A stretch of 33,675 nucleotides of DNA, taken from positions 1 through 33,675 of IMG/VR virus record IMGVR_UViG_3300030708_004078, one strand, 5' to 3'. The position numbers were made by a program, and so were the translations under genes. The notes under the pieces were generated by a model that did not search any database, was not told the DNA's origin, and saw only the letters and a list, made by a program, of their open reading frames with translations. Of this stretch, positions 18,075 to 25,324 are shown piece after piece (the first letter of the stretch is position 1; each line of letters starts with the position of its first letter). The DNA comes from a virus. Its lineage: Duplodnaviria; Caudoviricetes.

Positions 18075-18861
18075 GATGATAATGCGGGACTAAAGTATCG
18101 CCTGGTATCTTAACTACAACATCCTTGCAAACATCAAAGTATGGTGATTTTGGGTGAAAAGTTATACCATTTTTTGCGAGCTCACCACAATTTTTAAGTC
18201 TTGCGATTTCAAAATCTAACCTCCGGTTGGCGAGAACTTGTTGTTGGAGAGCTATTTGTGTGTCGACAGCCTTTTTGCAACGTTTTTGCAAACTACTGTC
18301 TAAGGGAAAAGATATTGTGGCAGAAAGTCCAGCGTTTAAGCTGTGTGTATCTTTTTGGCCTGTCCTTACATCTTTCCAATATAAAATTTCACCTGGGTTA
18401 TCAATTACTCCATCGCCGTCTACATCGCTGACGTCGTAGACAGGATCTTTGTAGTAACCCTCAAACGGCTTTTGAAAAGAATTGCTATTTGTGATAAAAG
18501 GAGTGATATTTAGTGTCGGGCCTTGACACTGAATACCTGCTCCGTAAGTATTTGTAATATATGGACCCTGTAATACCTGAATTGCCTGATTAGTCACTGA
18601 CCCGCTACTGGTCGCAACCGGGTTTGCTGTAGCGCTTACGCCGCCAACATCAGCTGCCATACAAGGCGAAGCAAAAGAAGCTATTGCACTTATTGAGAGA
18701 ATATGGAGGTACTTTCTGTAACGCTGTGAATTTCTGTGGTTCTTTGAATTACGGTCTGATTGGACAGACCCGGACCTTGCATGGTCTCCGTAAACTGAAA
18801 GCCTTTCCCGGGATTCACTATCTCCCATCTTGGTTTGTTTGCAGTATCGAGAGTTGTCCAT
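17935..18861 (-). CDS. Secreted/outer-membrane-like protein; true start uncertain
   Basis: Signal-peptide-like RYRKYLHILSISAIASFASPCMA, then VGGVSATANPVATSSGSVTNQAIQVLQGPY, CQGPTLNITPF, NAGLSATISFPLD and a coiled coil. Confidence 0.75.
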   Translation of the reverse strand: MDNSRYCKQTKMGDSESRERLSVYGDHARSGSVQSDRNSKNHRNSQRYRKYLHILSISAIASFASPCMAADVGGVSATANPVATSSGSVTNQAIQVLQGPYITNTYGAGIQCQGPTLNITPFITNSNSFQKPFEGYYKDPVYDVSDVDGDGVIDNPGEILYWKDVRTGQKDTHSLNAGLSATISFPLDSSLQKRCKKAVDTQIALQQQVLANRRLDFEIARLKNCGELAKNGITFHPKSPYFDVCKDVVVKIPGDTLVPHYHPISLKQLEEHESHDSDHVGQDDVVKHSLPSGSVLSTQQSSSLSSSQ

Positions 18862-19166
18862 GTACTTGTGACTCCATTGACCGTATTTGAGGTCGAGTCG
18901 GTAGCACTTGGCGCGAGACTTCCGCCAGTATTTTTGATATTACTACCAGTTACAGAGTACTGGTACCCAGTGTTGTAGTCAATCGAATTTATTGTTTCAG
19001 AGACCACTGATGTTGTCTCAGTTTTTGACTGTAAGCTGCCTTGAGTGAAGTTTGGGACTACAGGAACTGAGTACGCAGCTTGCGAAAGGCCATGCAAAAC
19101 TCCTAGGGAAAAACCTAGTACAAGCGAATCGCGAAGGTTATACATCTCAACGCACGGTGACCTCAC
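18690..19166 (-). CDS. Secreted beta-rich protein A
   Basis: Signal-like segment ending AYS|VPVVPNF; Thr/Ser-rich strands; YSVTGSNI, FQFTET. Confidence 0.75.
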   Translation of the reverse strand: MRSPCVEMYNLRDSLVLGFSLGVLHGLSQAAYSVPVVPNFTQGSLQSKTETTSVVSETINSIDYNTGYQYSVTGSNIKNTGGSLAPSATDSTSNTVNGVTSTWTTLDTANKPRWEIVNPGKGFQFTETMQGPGLSNQTVIQRTTEIHSVTESTSIFSQ

Positions 19167-19638
19167 TTACGTGCTGTCCGGTTGCCGTTGTACCAGCTCC
19201 ACCAGCCGTAATCGTCATTGCACCATCTGTCGCGATCGTTCCAGCCAGTGTGCCCGCCACACCGCCAGAGGAGGTCGTCGTCGAGCCCAGCATGGGAAGA
19301 GAAGGTACAACACCAGAGGTCACTGTCGTACCACTGGTCACATCATCGCCTTCGATAAATGATTCACTGAATGTAAACGCATCCCCGGCCGTGGTAATTT
19401 CAGCCGACATAGGCGTATATCCAACCGCAGTCCCTGAAGAGAGTGTTCCAAGTCCTCCAAAGGATCCAGAGGACTCAACAGAGATGTTAGAGCCACTTAC
19501 TGAGTAAGTGCTGCCAATACGTGTTGCCTGACTAGCCGCACCATCGACAGTCAGCTGCACTGAACTTTGTAATTTATGAGTAATATCTGCACGTGCAGCC
19601 CCTGCAAATAAAATAATCAATGCGAAGATTCGGAGCAT
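19147..19638 (-). CDS. Secreted beta-rich protein B
   Basis: Clear Sec signal MLRIFALIILFAGAARA|DITH; YSVSGSNI, FTFSES. Confidence 0.8.
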   Translation of the reverse strand: MLRIFALIILFAGAARADITHKLQSSVQLTVDGAASQATRIGSTYSVSGSNISVESSGSFGGLGTLSSGTAVGYTPMSAEITTAGDAFTFSESFIEGDDVTSGTTVTSGVVPSLPMLGSTTTSSGGVAGTLAGTIATDGAMTITAGGAGTTATGQHVSEVTVR

Positions 19639-19659
19639 GGTTTTATCTACACTACTCTG

Positions 19660-19687
19660 ATATTAAACGGAGGAAACACAGTATGAT
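19660..19687. promoter_or_regulatory. Divergent -10-like elements (TAATAT minus 19665-19660; TATGAT plus 19682-19687)
   Basis: 54 nt divergent gap. Confidence 0.4.
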
Positions 19688-19692
19688 ATTAA

Positions 19693-20148
19693 ATGAAAGT
19701 GATTGTACCTATGGCTGAAGTTGTAAAAGAAGATCCAAAAGACCCTAAAAAGAAAAGTGTCTTTGCAAAGATCAAAGAGAAAGCCGGTGACAGTGAGGAA
19801 CATCTTGCAATTCTTTCAAACTTTGTACGACTCGGCGTTTTGATTTGGAGTGGCGGCATCCTCACTTTGAATTACGTGACTATCCCCGGCCTGGCCCAAC
19901 AAAAAATTGATCCAACTTTTATTGCCAGCGTGTTTACGGGAGTACTCGCTTCTTATGGGGTCCAGACAGCAAAGAAATCTGGTGACGGTACGATGAAGAT
20001 GAATGGGGGTTCTGGTATCACAAAAGCTGATATCGAAAAATTGATTGAAAAGGCTGCACAGACTGCGCCGGCCCAAGTCATTAGAGTTGAGCAAGCGCCA
20101 CTCAAAATCACGACTACAACCGAAAAAGACGACACTTACAAAATGTAA
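19693..20148 (+). CDS. Two-TM membrane protein (start possibly 19711)
   Basis: VRLGVLIWSGGILTLNYV and IDPTFIASVFTGVLASYGV. Confidence 0.75.
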   Translation: MKVIVPMAEVVKEDPKDPKKKSVFAKIKEKAGDSEEHLAILSNFVRLGVLIWSGGILTLNYVTIPGLAQQKIDPTFIASVFTGVLASYGVQTAKKSGDGTMKMNGGSGITKADIEKLIEKAAQTAPAQVIRVEQAPLKITTTTEKDDTYKM

Positions 20149-20150
20149 AA

Positions 20151-20747
20151 ATGAATTGCAAACCTCTGCTTATTGGCGCAGCTACAGTCATCGGCATTGC
20201 CCATCTCGGTGTACTTGGACATTTGCTTCAGGTACTGAAAGAGGATAATAAGGTAATAATGCCGTCTATTAACCTACCAACAGGGCCTTACTCTTCTTAC
20301 AAAGTCAATGTAAACAAGCAGGGGTATCAGTTGCAGTACAACGCCAATGATCCCAAAGTAATGAAGTCTCGAAGGGTTCTTGACTTGAATGAGGCTAAGA
20401 ACAGGGATGGTGGATTTTTCAAACCCGCCGAAAAATCAATTGAAGATCGTAGAGAATATGAAACACATGAATACACTATGGATGGATACAGAAATACAGG
20501 TGAGGGCGGTCCCGTTGAATCGGGAAAGTTGACTGCAAAACAATTAGAGTGTATAAAGGCGGCAGGGTCTGGCGAGAGCACAGGTGCGATGGTTGGCGCT
20601 GGCGTAGTCGGTAGTGTTGCTCCCGCATTAACTGCGATACCGTATGTCGGTTGGCTTGCAAGCGGTTGGGCTGTTATGTTTGGTCAAGAGAAAGGAGCTG
20701 AGATCGGCGGCACAGTTGCTACTGCTCTAAAAGATTGCGATGCCTAA
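20151..20747 (+). CDS. Membrane protein with C-terminal glycine zipper
   Basis: N-terminal TM; ECIKAAGSGESTGAMVGAGVVG..IPYVGWLASGW..GAEIGG..DC. Confidence 0.75.
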   Translation: MNCKPLLIGAATVIGIAHLGVLGHLLQVLKEDNKVIMPSINLPTGPYSSYKVNVNKQGYQLQYNANDPKVMKSRRVLDLNEAKNRDGGFFKPAEKSIEDRREYETHEYTMDGYRNTGEGGPVESGKLTAKQLECIKAAGSGESTGAMVGAGVVGSVAPALTAIPYVGWLASGWAVMFGQEKGAEIGGTVATALKDCDA

Positions 20748-20949
20748 ATCTGACGATGAAGACGATATTTATCTGACAATTGAATTCCACCAAAGTGATA
20801 TAGCTCAGCTCGCTGAGTCTGTGGATTTTCATTGGAGAATGTGGCCAGGTAGTCCAGCAAGGCCTATCGAAGAACAAGAGCGTCTTTATCGACTAAAGAC
20901 AATATTGCGTGTTGCCATGCTTGAAATTATGTATCATAAGAAAGAATAG
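20740..20949 (+). CDS. Hypothetical protein
   Basis: Coupled to upstream gene; WPGSPARP.EEQE.L motif. Confidence 0.65.
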   Translation: MPKSDDEDDIYLTIEFHQSDIAQLAESVDFHWRMWPGSPARPIEEQERLYRLKTILRVAMLEIMYHKKE

Positions 20950-20957
20950 AATTTTTC

Positions 20958-21734
20958 ATGGCACGGGAAGTAAGTATCAGGGCTGTAGTTAATACTAATT
21001 TTGTGGTCCTTTCAGATAATAAGAAACAAGGAGAATTTCTAAAAGATCGTCGAATACCAAGCTGCAGGCTTCTTAAGGAACTAGAGTCATCACTTGTCAT
21101 TGATTCACCGCTAGGCACTTGGCTCTTAGTCAAAGATGACTGGGTGATCGAACAAGACGAAATAATCGAAAAACCTTACAAAGAAAAAGAAGGTTTTCGC
21201 TATATAGAAGGGTGCCCTTACTTTCATCTACCGCTCGAAAAAGAGCATGATCATCGCAAAGGCCTGATTTACAGCACGGCAAGTGCTTTGATAGGCTTAA
21301 ATATGAGTCCTATTAAGGACCTTGATGATTATTTATCAGCCGTCTATAAGCACGGTACTGGTACTTATAAGGCCGACAATCGTGCAGGACTCTCAGAGAT
21401 CGGAGTCGGCTGTACTGTTTCTCATGCTATCGGTCCTGACGAGATTGAAGATGAGATCGACGAGGGCCGGCCTGTAGTTTTAGCGATCGTAGCCAAAGGG
21501 ACACATAGGAGGCCTTTTGGGCTCACGTATTACGTCTGTCTTTATGGCTATAGCAGTGATTCCTGGCTATTGCACGATCCCTGTGGACGCCTTGATTTGA
21601 AGGACGGGCTTTGGGAATCTACTGTTGAGGGGGCAGGTAAAGGTGTTACTTATGACAGAGAAATGTCACAGAAGCGAATTTTTTACGGAGGTGGGGCCAG
21701 TGGTTGGGGCTTTATTAGATTTCATGAATTGTGA
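20958..21734 (+). CDS. C39-like peptidase fold with catalytic residues apparently replaced
   Basis: PYF, IDEGRPVVLAI, VCLYGY....LLHDPCG..DL; no Cys or His at the expected sites. Confidence 0.65.
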   Translation: MAREVSIRAVVNTNFVVLSDNKKQGEFLKDRRIPSCRLLKELESSLVIDSPLGTWLLVKDDWVIEQDEIIEKPYKEKEGFRYIEGCPYFHLPLEKEHDHRKGLIYSTASALIGLNMSPIKDLDDYLSAVYKHGTGTYKADNRAGLSEIGVGCTVSHAIGPDEIEDEIDEGRPVVLAIVAKGTHRRPFGLTYYVCLYGYSSDSWLLHDPCGRLDLKDGLWESTVEGAGKGVTYDREMSQKRIFYGGGASGWGFIRFHEL

Positions 21735-21763
21735 GCTATACTGATTCCAAATCAAGGGCAGTA

Positions 21764-21964
21764 ATGGACGAAATCCTTACCGACACAGAGGATAAACTCC
21801 TTATTCAACAGCAGGATCTTGCAGATAAAATCCGTGCTGCTGAGGATTCATTGATGCGAGATAAGGAGCTGTATCTCAAGGTCACTGGTGCCCTTGAAGG
21901 AATCGCAATTGTCAAGCAGCGTATGGCGCCTAAGCTGACCGAGGCGGCTACTGAGGACAATTGA
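21764..21964 (+). CDS. Small coiled-coil protein (start moved from 21731)
   Basis: TATACT at 21737-21742 precedes the ATG at 21764; KELYLKVTGALE. Confidence 0.65.
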   Translation: MDEILTDTEDKLLIQQQDLADKIRAAEDSLMRDKELYLKVTGALEGIAIVKQRMAPKLTEAATEDN

Positions 21965-21965
21965 G

Positions 21966-22199
21966 ATGATGGAAGGCCTCACAAGGAGTCGCTACAAGGC
22001 GCTTGAGACGGTTGCTGAACACTTATCGCCTCCGTCCCGTGAAATGCGCCTGGAGGCGATTATAAAAGACATCCCAGATGAAGATCTGCGCTGGGTTGTC
22101 GACAAATTGCATTACTTTATTCTAAAAATTTTAGAGGATGCTGAATTTGATCCAGCCGAAGAAGATCACGGTTTTTTGTCGCCTGGCTTAACTGATTGA
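21966..22199 (+). CDS. Hypothetical protein
   Basis: Tightly coupled in operon. Confidence 0.65.
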   Translation: MMEGLTRSRYKALETVAEHLSPPSREMRLEAIIKDIPDEDLRWVVDKLHYFILKILEDAEFDPAEEDHGFLSPGLTD

Positions 22200-22284
22200 T
22201 AGGAGCGGAGGGGGTCGAACCCTCACGACCGCTGTGGTCTCAGGATTTTAAGTCCTGTGTGTCTACCGATTCCACCACGCTCCC
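22200..22284 (-). tRNA. trnL-UAA: tRNA-Leu(UAA), intronless, CCA not encoded
   Basis: Reverse complement folds as a type II tRNA: acceptor GGGAGCG/CGCTCCT, D-arm TGGTGGAATCGGTAGAC, anticodon arm CAGGA-CTTAAAA-TCCTG, long variable arm, GGTTCGACC, discriminator A. Confidence 0.97.
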
Positions 22285-22354
22285 GGTGGTGCAAGCATAA
22301 CGTAGAGCACAAGTGTGTGCAGCCTACAGTTTTGACATAGCTGGAATACCACAA

Positions 22355-22765
22355 GTGTTTCATTGCGAGCAAGACTTACTGGTTAACTTAATTGTTTTAA
22401 GCCCCAAAGCTGCTCGTCGAAAATTTAGAGCCTTCATATTCGAGAGTTGGGATTGGGAATGTGCTTATTGCGGTAAAAAATTGACCGCTGACACCGCTAC
22501 AATCGATCACATTTTGCCGAAACACAAGGGCGGCCATAACATTCGATCAAACATGGCGTGTTGCTGCTCAAGCTGCAATAGGGCCAAAGGATCGACATTG
22601 CTCAATGATTGGTACACCCAAGATTTACCATATTTTACGGAAGAAAGGTTTGATAGAATTACTGCATGGGTTGAGCAAAAATCCTGCTCAATAAAGCTGC
22701 CCAGCACAGAATTAGCTCAAGCGTACATTGACGATGACATCTCCATCAGCTGGGTCGCAATCTAA
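22355..22765 (+). CDS. HNH endonuclease (McrA/HNH_5-like); GTG start at 22355 preferred over 22313
   Basis: CAYCG..TIDHILPKHKGG.N..SNM..CC.SCN..KG intact. Confidence 0.9.
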   Translation: MFHCEQDLLVNLIVLSPKAARRKFRAFIFESWDWECAYCGKKLTADTATIDHILPKHKGGHNIRSNMACCCSSCNRAKGSTLLNDWYTQDLPYFTEERFDRITAWVEQKSCSIKLPSTELAQAYIDDDISISWVAI

Positions 22766-22913
22766 AGACAAAAATAAAGAGAAAGAATTTCTTGGTGGTT
22801 ACATCAAGGAACTGCAGGAAGAGCGTATTCCTGAAGACGGGGACCGCGCCATGCGTGGTGAAGTTGGTGATGACATCCCAGGCAAGATGGATCGAGGCGT
22901 ATTGAAGGTGTGA
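22728..22913 (+). CDS. Small charged hypothetical protein
   Basis: Fills operon; carries EFLGGYI. Confidence 0.6.
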   Translation: MTMTSPSAGSQSKDKNKEKEFLGGYIKELQEERIPEDGDRAMRGEVGDDIPGKMDRGVLKV

Positions 22914-22914
22914 G

Positions 22915-23202
22915 ATGGCTGACCGCAAGAAGGCGAAACGCCTAGCCAAGGAGCACATGAAGTGCAATAAGCCGAAGAAAACTCCGGGCCATAAAACTAA
23001 AAGCCATGTCGTGAAGGCATGCAAGGACGGAAAAGAGAAGATTATTCGTTTCGGCCAGCAGGGTGTCAAGGGGGCAGGTAAAAACCCTAAGACCGCTAAA
23101 GAAAAAGCAAGAAAGGCCTCATATTACGCGAGGCATAACGCACAAGACAGCAAACCAGATAAAATGTCAGCACGTTACTGGTCCCACAAGGTCAAGTGGT
23201 GA
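22915..23202 (+). CDS. Conserved basic phage protein (DUF5754/DUF6321-like)
   Basis: KSHVVKA..DGKEKIIRFGQQG..RKASYYARH....KMSARYWS.KVKW. Confidence 0.75.
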   Translation: MADRKKAKRLAKEHMKCNKPKKTPGHKTKSHVVKACKDGKEKIIRFGQQGVKGAGKNPKTAKEKARKASYYARHNAQDSKPDKMSARYWSHKVKW

Positions 23203-23218
23203 CCTCTCATAGAGAAAA

Positions 23219-23338
23219 ATGCCTATCATCAGCTTTTTGACTCTATTTACTGTCGCCTACCTCTCTGGAATTTTGTTTTTGGTTGAGGCTAAAACCGAGC
23301 GAAGCCGTAGGCGTAAGCGTAGAAGTCGATCTAATTGA
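23219..23338 (+). CDS. 39 aa single-TM peptide with poly-Arg tail (not in ORF track)
   Basis: MPIISFLTLFTVAYLSGILFLVEAKTERSRRRKRRSRSN*. Confidence 0.5.
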   Translation: MPIISFLTLFTVAYLSGILFLVEAKTERSRRRKRRSRSN

Positions 23339-23362
23339 CCATCAATTTAATGCTGGTAGGAT
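23335..23362 (+). promoter_or_regulatory. Sigma70-type promoter for the nblA-like gene
   Basis: TTGACC-N16-TAGGAT with TG extended -10, 22 nt before the ATG. Confidence 0.6.
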
Positions 23363-23384
23363 AGATCCAAGGTAAAGGCTAAAA

Positions 23385-23600
23385 ATGGATGCATTAGGAC
23401 TCCCGGTGGATGTTGAATTTCAAATCCACGCAGCGTCACTAGCCATTCAGGGCATGGATCGAGACGAATTAGAAGAAGCATTCGTTGAAATGCTTCATCA
23501 AAAAGCTCACGATCGTCAGATGTTCCTATCAATCCTAAAAGATCACGGCATAGATGCCGAAGTCACCTTTAATTACCAAACCTTCGGTCAAATCTCCTAA
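23385..23600 (+). CDS. nblA: NblA-like phycobilisome degradation adaptor
   Basis: LPVDVEFQIH......IQGMDRDELEEAFVEMLHQK....QMFLSILK follows the NblA two-helix pattern (L.LEQ.F......V..MS.EQ....L..L..Q); size 71 aa fits. Confidence 0.6.
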   Translation: MDALGLPVDVEFQIHAASLAIQGMDRDELEEAFVEMLHQKAHDRQMFLSILKDHGIDAEVTFNYQTFGQIS

Positions 23601-23605
23601 TAACA

Positions 23606-23989
23606 ATGGCAACTCGTACCGTTCAAGGAACCCTTGATACCTTTTCTGTAAACACAGGCTCCGACGTGACTTATGAAGGTGCTGGTGCTGGCAACGATAG
23701 GAGCCAGAACACACGGGCATTCAAGGTTAACCCTAACTCTACAGGAGACATTACCGTTTCACTGAACCAGTCGTTTGGTGTGATCGGCATGGAGATCTTC
23801 CAGGAAGATGACCATTCTGCTGCAAGTGCTCCTACTGGTTACAAGAAAGCCTTTAACGTCGCCCAGGCTGGTAAAGGCAAGGGTGCAGTCGGTGTGACTG
23901 TCACTAACGCTGCTAAAGACTACATTGTCCTGTTGACCTTGGATGGTTATTCTGAGGTGAGCTATACCGCTACTGTTGAAGTCCCGTAA
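23606..23989 (+). CDS. Beta-sandwich protein, possibly virion decoration
   Basis: Beta-strand pattern, T/V/G-rich, PPC-like end DYIVLL....VSYTATV. Confidence 0.6.
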   Translation: MATRTVQGTLDTFSVNTGSDVTYEGAGAGNDRSQNTRAFKVNPNSTGDITVSLNQSFGVIGMEIFQEDDHSAASAPTGYKKAFNVAQAGKGKGAVGVTVTNAAKDYIVLLTLDGYSEVSYTATVEVP

Positions 23990-24725
23990 GAAACAGCAGT
24001 CTTGGAAGGACTACCCCTTTCTTACAGATATTGGTATCGAATTAATTAAGTTTCACGAAACGCCTCGTACCTACATAGGTATGGGGCGTTTTGCTGCATA
24101 CAAGGATTTTGGCGAGGCCAATTGGAGGATCGGTTACAACAGTCTGAAATTAGGTAAAAGGCGTGTTGCGTACAACGAAAAGACTGATAGAGAAAATATC
24201 GAGAGACAACTGGTAGAAGATCTTAAAGAATTCTCGAAAGAGGTTTCACAATACGTATATGTGCCTTTAAACAGGCACAAAAAAGGCGCAGTGCTCAGCT
24301 TCGCGAGGAGCCTTGGTATTCTTGGGTTCAAGAATTCTAAGCTACTGGAGCTAATTAACAGCCACGCCTCAAAAAAACAGATTATTTCAGAGTGGAGTCC
24401 CTATATAAATAGGTACTGGCTTTGCGGAGGAGATAGGATGCGAGACAGAAGAAGGGCTGAGTTAAATGCCTTTCTTTCTGCTGACAAAGAAATACCTACA
24501 TTTACAAGGCATAATTGCCAGACATCTGTATGCCTATTAAACCTGCCAGAGACATATAACGGAGCTCCGAACCAAATCAAAGCCGTTGAGTATCTCGAGA
24601 AAAAAATTAAAGAGTGGGATCCAACTGGTCACGCTCTTCGGAGGTTTTACCGTCTTTGGAGCCAACCCCCAGCCGGTCTAGGGAATCAAGTGCGTCCGGG
24701 TCAAGATGTTGAAGAAGATCAATAG
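23976..24725 (+). CDS. GH24 lysozyme-like protein, divergent, with C-terminal extension
   Basis: GIELIKFHE..AYKD..W.IGY, VPLN....AVLSF..LG..F.NS.LL..IN, RRRAE..F; TTG start. Confidence 0.75.
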   Translation: MKSRKKQQSWKDYPFLTDIGIELIKFHETPRTYIGMGRFAAYKDFGEANWRIGYNSLKLGKRRVAYNEKTDRENIERQLVEDLKEFSKEVSQYVYVPLNRHKKGAVLSFARSLGILGFKNSKLLELINSHASKKQIISEWSPYINRYWLCGGDRMRDRRRAELNAFLSADKEIPTFTRHNCQTSVCLLNLPETYNGAPNQIKAVEYLEKKIKEWDPTGHALRRFYRLWSQPPAGLGNQVRPGQDVEEDQ

Positions 24726-24780
24726 CATCAAGGATTTGGAGATTTAAAGAGTATCCTTCCATAAATTTTTCATAGTCCAT
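24607..24780 (-). CDS. Possible 57 aa acidic protein (not in ORF track)
   Basis: MDYEKFMEGYSLNLQILDAIDLLQHLDPDA...; starts within the end of the Nmad1 gene; overlaps the lysozyme 3-prime end antisense. Confidence 0.4.
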   Translation of the reverse strand: MDYEKFMEGYSLNLQILDAIDLLQHLDPDALDSLDRLGVGSKDGKTSEERDQLDPTL

Positions 24781-25063
24781 TTTGTTTCGTATCCTGTGTT
24801 TCTAAAGCAATTTTAAGCAATACCAAATATCCAATCAAATCCATCACTACGTCTTCATCATCTTGCAATAGGTTTTGACCTTTCATGATTCTGTTAATCT
24901 TATCGTCGATGCGAACTAGAATTTGTTCATATGCACTGCTTTTGCTAAACACCCTCACAGGATTGATAGCTGAGTCACCATATTTACTGTTCTTATAAAG
25001 AAGAAGTTCTTTGACGTCATCACAGATATCTCGAATACGTGCCTGCGTATCAGTAAGAGTCAT
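24770..25063 (-). CDS. Nucleotide modification associated domain 1 (DUF1599/Nmad1) protein; start moved to 25063
   Basis: LLLYKNSKYGDS..P..VFSK....ILVRIDDKINRI....DVVMDLIGYLVLL. Confidence 0.85.
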   Translation of the reverse strand: MTLTDTQARIRDICDDVKELLLYKNSKYGDSAINPVRVFSKSSAYEQILVRIDDKINRIMKGQNLLQDDEDVVMDLIGYLVLLKIALETQDTKQNGL

Positions 25064-25075
25064 TAGAATGAAGAG

Positions 25076-25324
25076 ATGAATAACGAGACACGCCAATCTT
25101 ACGACATCGATAATCGTCGTGCAGGCACTTATGCCTCTGCAATGGGTAAATCGTGGGCAGCTTCTGACAATGAGGGAGGTAATCAGTTCTTGCAGAATTA
25201 TCTCGCAAAAAAACGAGTAGATGAAACGCCTAATTTAGATTTCGAAAAATCGCAGGAGGATCGCTTTTTTATGAATGGCCCAGGCTTGCCGACCTTTAGA
25301 AATGAATTCAGGGCAAGCCAGTAA
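25076..25324 (+). CDS. Small hydrophilic hypothetical protein, possibly leaderless
   Basis: TAGAAT at 25064-25069, 6 nt before the ATG; carries QFLQNYL. Confidence 0.6.
   Translation: MNNETRQSYDIDNRRAGTYASAMGKSWAASDNEGGNQFLQNYLAKKRVDETPNLDFEKSQEDRFFMNGPGLPTFRNEFRASQ

Noticed and set aside
19045-19507. Plus-strand ORFs 19045-19362 and 19052-19507
   Set aside because: Antisense shadows of signal-peptide genes with better support on the minus strand
22200-22284. Group I intron in tRNA-Leu(UAA), or an attP/prophage boundary
   Set aside because: Anticodon loop is continuous; no integrase, no duplicated tRNA 3-prime end and no host genes seen
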